Positions 50,701 through 60,800 of a stretch of 64,000 bases of DNA are shown here, piece by piece. Position numbers and translations under genes: made by a program. Source of the stretch: Cenococcum geophilum (taxonomy: Eukaryota); contig CP158635.1 in the NCBI GenBank assembly GCA_050273025.1, forward strand, positions 15,128,001-15,192,000. The letters are read 5' to 3'. The notes below the pieces were generated by a model. It made no database searches. It was not told the origin of the DNA and was given only the letters and a program-made list of their open reading frames with translations. Position 1 is the first letter of the stretch, and every line of letters begins with the position of its first letter.

Positions 50701-52764
50701 TTAAAGTTATTGTTTTTACCGCTATACTTAGATTCGTTGGTATAGAGCTTAGCTAAGTTAGCTAGCTCCTTACCGTAGGTCTTTACTTAAGTGGGTTGCG
50801 GATTTATAACTTAGGCAGGTTATAGATCTGTGGCTTAGGTAATAAAAGGGTTTTATTCTATATTTTGGTTTACGGGGGTATTATAGTCCGTAGTTTGGGT
50901 TATGGGGGTATTATGGTCCATAACTTAAGTACTAGGTATACTTTAGCCCGTAAGATTAATTCCAAAATTACTTAGGTTTATAGGACGAATTTAGTTAAGT
51001 AGGTTAGGTATAAGGCTAGCGGTGCCGTTAAGTTTAGGAGAAGTAAAGAGTTTATTAGTGGCTTTAACCTAGTCTAGGATTTCCTCTTTAGTCTATTCCG
51101 TTTGGTCCTCCTTTTATATTATGTTGTATAAGGACCGTGTAATAGTAACTCGTTTATCCTTTTTAACCTATATACCTTAGTGACGTAAAAGGGTTTATAG
51201 GTTACGGATAGTAGTAGGGTTATAAGCCTTAAGAATAGCTTCCGTAAAGTCCGCAAAATCTTCCTTATATTACTCCTATAGGTCATTGTTTAGAAGCTTA
51301 TAGTGTCCGTATTTAAGGATTTTAAAATTAATATAGTTGTTAACGCCGTCCGTAGACGTAAGGTCGACTCCCTAACTCTACTTCTTTTAACCTTTACTAA
51401 TTTGCTTAGTTATATCTGCCGTATTATATAGCGTAGTATATCTATATAAGCTGTAGTGGGTAGTAGTAGCTTATAGCGGGTGGGAGAGGTCTTATAACGG
51501 TCCGTAAAATTGATTAGCGGGTCCGTAATAGTTTAAGAGGTCTTATAGTGGTCTGTAAAGGCGATTAACGGGTCTATAACGGTTTATAGAAGGGTAGGGG
51601 TTTTTGTAAGGTCCGAAGAGTTTTAAGGTTTAAGGGGGTTAAGGATAGGGGGTTCTGTAAAGGTCTATATTCGCGTTTATAAACTTCTGGTAAACCGTAC
51701 TAAGACTTAAATAAGTATATAGAGTTAGTAATAGGTCCGTAATCCCCAACTTCCGACCTTCTAGCAGGTTGTACTAGGAGTCTAAATAGGTGGTCGCTAT
51801 CGTATATCGCTTAGTAGGAGGTATTAAGTAATTGCTAATCTGTGTGCGCTTACTAATCAGTGTTTATATTAATTTAATAATATAAGGTGAGTTATATCCC
51901 GGGGCACAAAATACGTATAGTATCGTATGCTCTTTAGGATGGTAGTAACTATCAATTGTATAAAGCAGACTACATAGTCCATATACTAATGCGCCTCCCC
52001 CCTAATTAGTTAGTGCTTTAGGAGTGCACTAGACGCGTAAGTAGGTAGTTAGTGCACCGAACGCGTAAGCACGCGGTTAGTACGATAGGTGCTATAATTA
52101 TACAGATAGGTTTCTATTTATAAATATTACTAAATCGATACCGTATTTACTAGCTTAAATTTTAGAGATATACCTAATTCTATATATTTTATACCTTATT
52201 TTATTAAGGCTATATATTACTTATATTTACTAAGTTAAATAATATATAAAATATCTTATAACCCTATAACCTAGATATAGAGTTTTAGCGTATATTACTA
52301 GTTAGTTTCTTTTCTTAGATATAACTTCTAATAGCTTTACTAATATTTTTAAAGATTATTATTATAAATAAAGCTATATGGGAGCCCTAGTCCTAAACTA
52401 TATAAATAAACTATAAAGATCGAATCCTTATAGAGCTAGGTTCCTAGGTATTATTTATAGTTTTATTATAAAATAATATTATAAAAGCCTTATTGGGGAG
52501 AATAGTGGGTATATATTAGCGCTATTATAGCAAAATTATTCGTGCTAAAGAGCTGGTATAAATAGCTAAAAAAAAGAATTTCCTTATAAAATTATGTAAT
52601 AAGAAATTTATATTATAGAAAGATATTAAAAGATATTTTTCAAATAGGTACTATTAATTAATTAAGGAATTTTATAAAAAGAGCGAGCTAGGTATTTAGG
52701 CGTAGCGTCCTTTAAATATATAGCTAGGATCTTAACGGATTTAGTAGCTATAGCTTTAGTTTTA

Positions 52765-53400
52765 TAAGCTAAGAGGTTATAAAAGCTAGGGGCTTATAAG
52801 AGCTAGGGGATTCTATAAGCTAAGTAATATATAAGTAAAGTAGTTTAACTTAGCGCCCTCTAATTAATACCTAGAGTATAAATAGGGTATTAATAAGTTT
52901 AATAACTTTATAGCTTTAATCCTATAAGCTAGGCAATTATATAAGCTAAATACTTATAGGAGCTAGCCAATTTTATAAGCTAGGTAATTGTATAAGCTAA
53001 ATAATTGTATAAGCTAGGTAATTATGCGAGCTAGGTAATCCTATAAGCTAGATACTCGTGGGAGCTGGCTAATTCTATAAGCTAGGTGATCGTGCAAGCC
53101 TAGTGCTTGTGGGAGCTGGGCAATTATGTGAGCGGGGTGATTGTCCGAGCCGGGTAATTGTTGTGAGCGGGGTGATTGTGTGAGTGGGGTGATTGTGCGA
53201 GCCGGGCAATTGCGCGAGCTGGGCGATTGTGCGAGCTGGGCGATCGTGCGAGCGGGGTGATTGTGCGAGTAGGGTAATTGTGCGAGCTGGGTAATCGCGC
53301 GAGCTGGATAATTGCGCGAGCTGGGCGATCGTGTAAGGGTAATTGTGTAGGCGGCGTGATTTGACTTAGCGCCCTCTATTAACGCCTAGCTTATAAATAG
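52765..53400. repeat. 17-bp minisatellite (GAGCTGGGCGATTGTGC) in two modules, each closed by TTGACTTAGCGCCCTCT...TATAAATAGG
   Basis: Main array at ~52922..53335; closing motif at ~52846..52886 and ~53361..53401. Confidence 0.85.
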
Positions 53401-55248
53401 GAAGCAAATATTAAAAATATTAGAACTATAGAAAAAGGAAATATATAAGTCCTAGATTTAGAAATATTAAAGAAGTTTCTATATAAAAACTCCTATAAAC
53501 CTTATAACGATTTAAAGCCCCCTTATATATACTTAGAGAAGTTCCTATATAAACAGCCCTATAAGCGTAGCTATAAGTCTAAGCCCCTTTATATAACCTA
53601 ACTACCCCTTCTTACTATACTAGAATAAATAAACAACCGCTATATACTATAAGTAGAGAAATAGTTTAAATAAAAAGAAAATACTATAAAAAAATTATAT
53701 CCTTAAGATATAAATCTATAAATACTATAGTCTTAAATATGACTAATAGTTGCTAAGGTAGTATACGTCCTAGGTCTATAAGAAATTTAAAAAATTCTAG
53801 GTTATTAATATAGATTTACCTTTTATTATCGCTTTTAAGGTAGTGAATAAATTAATTTAAGTAGAAGTATAGATTATTGCAAATGCTTTATAGCTCGCTA
53901 TAAGTTAAGCAGGTAGAGACTCTAGTAGAAATAGTAAAATATTATTAGGATATAGAAAAGCCTATAAACCTTTAAGTACTAGCTGCTTAGCGCCTTAAGT
54001 AAAAGATCTTCCTTAACGTAAGGTAGATTAATAGAAGTTAATTACCGCCTATATAAGGCGGAGCGCTTATAAAGGGCTTAGCTAGAATACTAATTAAACC
54101 ACCCTATAGGCATTAATAGCTCCTTTACTATAGATAGGGGGTTAATATATAAGATTAACTGGCTGGGATAAGGCTATTACTTAGGCAGTATCTTACCCTA
54201 GGAAGGATAGGCGTTAGAAGTAGATTATATAATACTATTCCTACTAAGAGAGGTATTATTAGGGGTTATTATTAACTTTTAGTTCTAGTTTATAACTTTA
54301 TATAAACGCTCCTAAACCCTACTAAGGCATATAGCGTCCGTTAGGGATTATTAGCTATTTAAATTTAGTAATAGCTTAGCTAATAGCTACTACTAATAAT
54401 ACCTTACTTATAGATTGCTTTAGGCGCCTATAGTCTTAGGCGCAGATAATATAACCTAAGAGTAATTATAGCTACTAAATATTATACTATAGACACTATA
54501 TAGGGTGGAAAGGGGCGGCTAGTATACTCCGCCTTTCCCTTTTACTTTCTATTCTAACTCCGCCCTAGGAGAGAAATAGAATATAAATGTTATACTCCTA
54601 GTTCTTATATACTATTAAATTAACTTACCTTTAAACCTAACCCCTTATGATCTTTATAGGAATACTAAATATTATATATATTACCTTAACTAAGCTTAAA
54701 TACGTTGCTAATATAACCTATAGGTCCTTAATTAGTACTTATAAAAAATTACTATATACTACTGCCCCAAGGGTAATATACCTAATTATTAACCTATTAG
54801 AAACCTTAAATTATTTTAGAATTATATTAATAATAAAGACACGGTATCTAGTAGCGGGAAAAAGAAATAATTATAGCTTTCTAACCCTATATAGAAATAG
54901 ATACCTTATACGCCTACTTAAATACCTAATAAAGTTAATCCTTACAAAAATAATAATAATATAAAAGGTGATATATAAGAGGACACGGTTTAGGGAAGTG
55001 TATAAAAAAATACCTTAATTACTTTAAGGACTTAGAAGGCTATAGCAAAGCTAAAATAGACTTACTTAAGCTAATAGAGGACTATAGCGAGGCCAAGATA
55101 GACTTGCCTTAATTAGTAGATATAGTTGCAGTTTCTAAATACGTTTTGCCGGTAACTTAAGGTATATTTATAAGACCCCTATATTTATTTAGCAATACTA
55201 ATAAGTAAGTAGAGAATAGCTTAACGTAGTTTATAAGCGAGTGGTCCG

Positions 55249-55789
55249 TAGGGGTGTGAATACACCGTGTAAGTCGGAATATTACACAGTGTAAGTGTAA
55301 GCTTATATAATATAATATATATCATAATCCTTAACGTCCTCCCGGTCGTCGTCCTTATCGTCGCCAAATCTATATATATCTAGTTCTTGGCACTTTTTTA
55401 GGTAGGCGACGACCTTCTGACGACTATTTAAGTGCTATATTTTCTGGCAGTGAATACAGACAACCTTTAGCTGGGTTTTACAACGGAGTTTATAGGCAGC
55501 AACCTCCTTCCAGCATAGATTAGCTGTAGAGCCTGCCATTTAGTGAACGATTTGATTGAAAACACTATACTAAGGCTCGTGATAGAGACGAGCATACCGC
55601 TCAAAGAAAGAGTGCGATAAACGGCGTTGTAAATACTGTAGGCGAGCCATCCAAACGAAAGACTCTTCATTACACTGTTTACTAAGCATATGGCCCGTGC
55701 AATACACGGTATAAGCCTCTAGGATACACGTGTACACCGTGTATGTACACGAATGTATGTACACGTATAAGTGTAAGATCACACCCCTA
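55249..55789 (-). mobile_element. Internally deleted hAT element (541 bp) retaining a BED zinc-finger fragment
   Basis: 11-bp TIRs TAGGGGTGTGA / TCACACCCCTA, 8-bp TSD GTGGTCCG (55241..55248, 55790..55797), subterminal TACAC repeats. Minus strand ~55385-55465 reads VVCIHCQKI*HLNSRQKVVAYLKKC. Confidence 0.88.
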
Positions 55790-56180
55790 GTGGTCCGTAT
55801 AAGTAAGCGGCCCACCTTAAAACTTACCAAAAATTAGGAAATTTACACCTTAATATCTTAACAACCACTTAATAATAAATTCTAAAAATTTGGATTTAGA
55901 CTTTTATATATACTTTATAGCTTTTATTAAAGCTATATAATAAATAGTTTAATAGTTTTTAAGATATAGTAAGATATAGTAACTTGGCTCCATTTTAGCC
56001 TCTAAATCGCTATATTTTAAAAACTATTAAACTATTTAATATACAGCTTTAATAGAAGCCCTAAAGTATATATAAAAGTCTAAATTCAAATTATTAGAAT
56101 TTATTATTAAGTAGATATTAAGATATTAAGGTGTAAATTTCCTAATTTTTGGTAAGTTTTAAGGTGGGCCGCTTGCTTAT

Positions 56181-56483
56181 CCCATGCGCCGTCACGAAAG
56201 GTGCTCCTTTTCCTGAGCCAACCAGAGGCTCTAGATTTAATTAAGTCTTGGCAAAATAAAGTTGTAGATTTAATTAATTAATTATAACCCAATATTATAG
56301 TAATAAAACTTAAATTTAATATATAATTCGACTCTAGGTTAAACAAGGTCTGCATCATTGGAAGAACGTTTGCAGCCCATTGTGGTGGTTTAATCACGAT
56401 AAGAAGCTATAGAGAGACGCGTGTTGATGTTTTGGTGTTCGCGCACGGGCCACAATAAAAGGAGCACCTTGACGGCGCATGGG
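56181..56483. mobile_element. Miniature TIR element with CCC termini and 2-bp TSD (fungal CACTA/CMC type), 303 bp
   Basis: TIRs CCCATGCGCCGTCA(CGAA)AGGTGCTCCTTTT / AAAAGGAGCACCTTGACGGCGCATGGG. Comparison with the opposite MITE arm shows AT duplicated. Confidence 0.75.
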
Positions 56484-57801
56484 ATACGGACCACTCGCTT
56501 ATAAACTACGTTAGCTAATCTTATAACATTTCTTAGAGTTATATCTCCCCTATTTAAAGTATTAACGATTTCTAATACTATGATTTCGCGTAGATAACTA
56601 AAGTATCTCGTCTTATGGTTGCCTTTTTATTATATAAAAAAGGACTTAAGATGTCTTTAAAGCCCTAGTTATAAATTATTTATATTTATATTTAGCCCTA
56701 TTATAGTAATATACTAGTATCTTACCTAGGTTTTAGCCGTAGATATACTACTAAAGAGACTTATATTATACTATACTAATAATCCCTATCTCTTTTGCCG
56801 TTATACTAAGATATATAAACTACTTAAAGATATTATAATAGAGATAGCTAAGAGGAGCAAACTGTGTAAGTAAGGAGATTAACTAGGAAAGGCATTAAAG
56901 GATTTATTAGAGGAGATATTAAGGAGAAGGGTATATAAGAAAAAGGTAGATCCTACTATAGATAGAGATCTTAAGAGGTCTAAGGTATAAGAGATTTTTT
57001 ATAGGGAAAGATGTTTATAATTATAATTTTATTTTTTAGCATTTATTAAGAATTAAGGCGTTAATTAGGATTTCTTTAGCTTAGTATTTTATTTCTATCT
57101 AGTTGCTTCTATATTAAGAATATCTTATTATTATTTACGTATAAAGGAATAAGTTTTTATATATTAAATTAAAGTTAGAGCGACTTGCTTATAGTATAGA
57201 GGTACGTTTTAAAAGTCTTTACTACTAAGAAATTAACTATCTTAGCTTACCGCCTTTTAAATCTAAATGTCCTCCTATTTTAGGGTGTAAGTTAACTCTA
57301 AATTTTATATTAATAGGGTAGGAATGTTAAAAATAAATATAGAATCTACCCCTTAATATTAGCCTAAGTTTTAAGTAAAAACAAGATCTTATTTTAAGAA
57401 CTAGATCCGATTTTAAGCACCGTATTTTAATTTTAAAGACTATATCCTAATTCTGGGTTCTAGCTTAAATTATAATCCTAAAAACTAGATCTAGTAAATA
57501 GCCTTATAAGCGTAGCTATAAGTTTAAGCCCCTTTACGTAACCTAACTACTCTACCCTACTATACTAAAATAGACGAATAACCGCTATATATAATGCGTA
57601 GAGTCTTCCCTTAACGTAAGGCAGATTAATAGGAGTTATTATACCGCCTATATAAGGCGGAGCGCTTATAAAGGGCTTAGCTAGAATACTAATTAAACTA
57701 CCCTATAACGCACTAATAGCACCTTTACTATAAATGGGGAGTAAATATATAAGGTTAACTGGTTAAAATAAGTCTACTACTTAAGCAGTATCCGGCTCCG
57801 T

Positions 57802-60800
57802 TATAACGGAACCTTGTAGCAAGAACTACAATGGGTTCGTCAATGGGCTAGGTGTGTAGGAAATGCAAGTACAAAAGTCAACAACGTAATAACAACTAGT
57901 GGAGTGGTTGCCTAACAGATTAACTCCAATTATATTCTAAAAATTACTATAAGAAAGGAACTATCTAGGTAGGGACTAAGGGTCCTTAAATACACAACCG
58001 TACTCCTAAGAAAGTTATTACTCTATCTGCTCTACTTGCTCTGCTTACTCTATAATAGATCTTATAGATTATACAAATTATACAGATTACGTTACGTGAC
58101 TCTGCTTACTATTCCTTATCATATAGTTCTATTGGCTTTATTTTAGACTATACCTAAATTAACTAACTAGCTTCTTTTAACTCTTCTCTAAGTAGTCGTA
58201 ATATTGTACTTAAAGCGTCCATAACACCATCTCCCTCCTCTTTATCTTCGTCCTTAAAGATACCTAGTATCTTTAGGTCGTTTACTAAAGGTATAATATC
58301 CGTCTAATTAATTTGGTTAATATTATTACTTATAATGCCTAAAGCATCCTCTCTTTCTTCTATAGCTCACCGGTCTTATACTATTGCTACAATATTATCT
58401 CTTAGTAAAATAATGCTATCTCCGTGTTCTCGTTATGCGAAAGAGGGGTTAGTTTATATTGCGTTAGCAAGCCCTTTGTCTTAGTAACCTTCCTCTTACT
58501 TAGAGTGCACTAGAGCAAATATTTAATCGTTTTATAATATACGCTCTATTTCTGACGCTAAGTATACGCGTCCTATAACCCTTAGTAGTCTTTAAGTTCC
58601 CTAAGTAATTTATTATAGGGTTTTATATTTAATTTAAGGCAGAAAAACTTAAGGGTAATCTTGCCGCGGCGCTGGCGAAAGCCTATCGTTGTTCCAAAGA
58701 ATCTGCTTATGCCCTTAAGGCTTAGTAGTCTACCTTTATAAAAGTTTAACGTCTCTAATATGTTTATAAGAAGGTTTATTTTAAGGAGTAAAAACTTATA
58801 AAATAAGGTTTGCAGGAACTAGGTAATAAAAGAACAGATTCTCCTCTAATAGAGAAGGAAACAGATCTAAGTAGTTCGGCAACTGCTCTTCTTAGGTCCC
58901 CCTTAGGTAACTTATTCTTTAGTAATCCTTCTTTATTAATACTACCTAACCTAATCTCTTCTAATACTCCTGTACCTTTCCTATAACGTTCTTTAAATTC
59001 TCTAATAGCTCCTAGGTAGTCTTAGTGTAGCCTATCTACTTAACCTTATACTATATTTTGTCGTCGATGTCCTTATAATTAATAATCTTTAATACTTACC
59101 ATTTGTCTTCTTCCTGTCCTCTATATATATCTGCTTTATAGACTAGTGGCTTAATATCTCCGTGTGCTAGCTTTAGCATCGCGATATGCTATATAGGGTA
59201 GATCTTTATTTTAGCTAGTAGGTTTAACTTAAATATAACCAGTAAAATCCTTTATATAATTTTAAAAGGTCCTAGTCTAACATAGTCTAATTTCTTACTT
59301 AGTTATCGACTCTTGAAATTTTTGTATAGTAGCCATACTTTATCTCCCTCCTTAAGATCTGGTCCCTTAGATCTCTTAACATTATAGTACTTTTTTATTC
59401 TCTCTTATACTTTCTTTACTAATTTCATAAGGTTTATATAAAGATTTATTAATGTCTTTATTCTCTCTTTAGCTATACTACTTATTTTCTTTACTTACTA
59501 TAGTAATAATAATGTTCTTAGCTCATATCTATAATTTGCCTTAAATAGTAATATGCCTATTCCTTCTTAAGGTATTACATTATATATAAACTATATAACT
59601 AGTAATAGTAATACCTAATTATTCTATGTATAATTAATATAATACCTTAGGTACTGCTCTAGCGTCTAATTTAACCTTTCTGTTTAACCGTCTGTCTGCG
59701 GATAATATATAATAGAAGTTACTACTTAAACTCCTTACTCCGCTAAGAATACTTCCTAGAATGCTGCTATAAATCTTAGATCTCTATCTAATATAATCTT
59801 ACTTAGTGCTCTATATCTTATAAACACTTCTTTAACATAGATTCTAGCGACATCTTCCGCTAAGATTTCTTCTATATATGCTATAAAGTATCCCTACTTC
59901 GTAAGCTTATCTACTATTACTAAGATCGCGTTATAATCTTATCCGGTAATAGGATCTTTTAATTTTAGCAACTTAATAATAAAGTCCTATAATATAACCT
60001 CCTATAGTCTCTCTAGTATTTTAATAGGTTGTAGCCCTCTATATGGCTTATACCTCGTTAGTTTATTCCTTTAATAATTTAGATATTCCTTTATAACCCT
60101 TCTAGCTATCCTCTAGATTCCATTAATAATGTACTCCTCCTAAAGTCTTAATACTAAGCTTGTAGCTTTATTATGTCCTTAAGTTAGTCCCTTATAAAAG
60201 TCTTCTATAAACTGCTCTACTATGCTTCTTAAGATATACTTTACTTCTTAATTTTTATATATATATCCGTCTATAGATCTTCTAGCTATACCTCTAGAAT
60301 TCTTTATACCTAAAAGCTTTCTGGTATCTTATAGACTTTCTTTAGTTTATTATCTTCTTAAGTTGCTATAATTTTTAGATAATTATACCTAATTAATCCG
60401 TCTATATCTTTTCGCAATAAAGCCCCTAATGGCTTTTCCTTATTTTATAGTTTAGCTTTACGGCTTAGAGTATCTGCCCGCATATTATCTATACCTTTAG
60501 TATACTAAATCTTAAAATAGTATTCTGTAAGTATCTCTGCCTATCTAACCTATCTTTAGTTAAGTTCCTTCGTCATTAGGAATCCTATTAGGTTTTTATA
60601 ATCCGTCTTAATTATAAATAGTTTCTCTATGCCTTATAAGAATGCTTTTTATTTCTTTAATACTATAACTATACCTAACAACTCCTTATTGTAGATATTA
60701 TAGTTTAACTCTAGTAATATCATCTTCCAACTATAGTATGCTACTAGGTGCTATTTATTTTAATGCCTTTATATAAAGCATACCCCTAGTATATAGTCTA

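Larger units (their letters stand above)
43454..52104 (-). mobile_element. Copia/Ty1 LTR retrotransposon C (same family as B), interrupted in RT by a 2.5 kb element
   Basis: LTRs at 43454..43725 and 51861..52104 (the second lacks one 28-bp internal repeat unit), TSD GATAG (43449..43453, 52105..52109). Co-linear with Copia B. Hairpin at 51835..51860. Confidence 0.94.
55224..56511. mobile_element. Fold-back MITE 3 (~434 bp when reconstituted) carrying two nested miniature transposons
   Basis: ACGTAGTTTATAAGCGAGTGGTCCG termini with TA TSD. Arms at 55798..56180 align with the MITE 1 core. Confidence 0.9.

Noticed and set aside
56181..56483. piggyBac assignment for the CCC...GGG element
   Set aside because: Flanks are TTAT and ATAC, not a duplicated TTAA.
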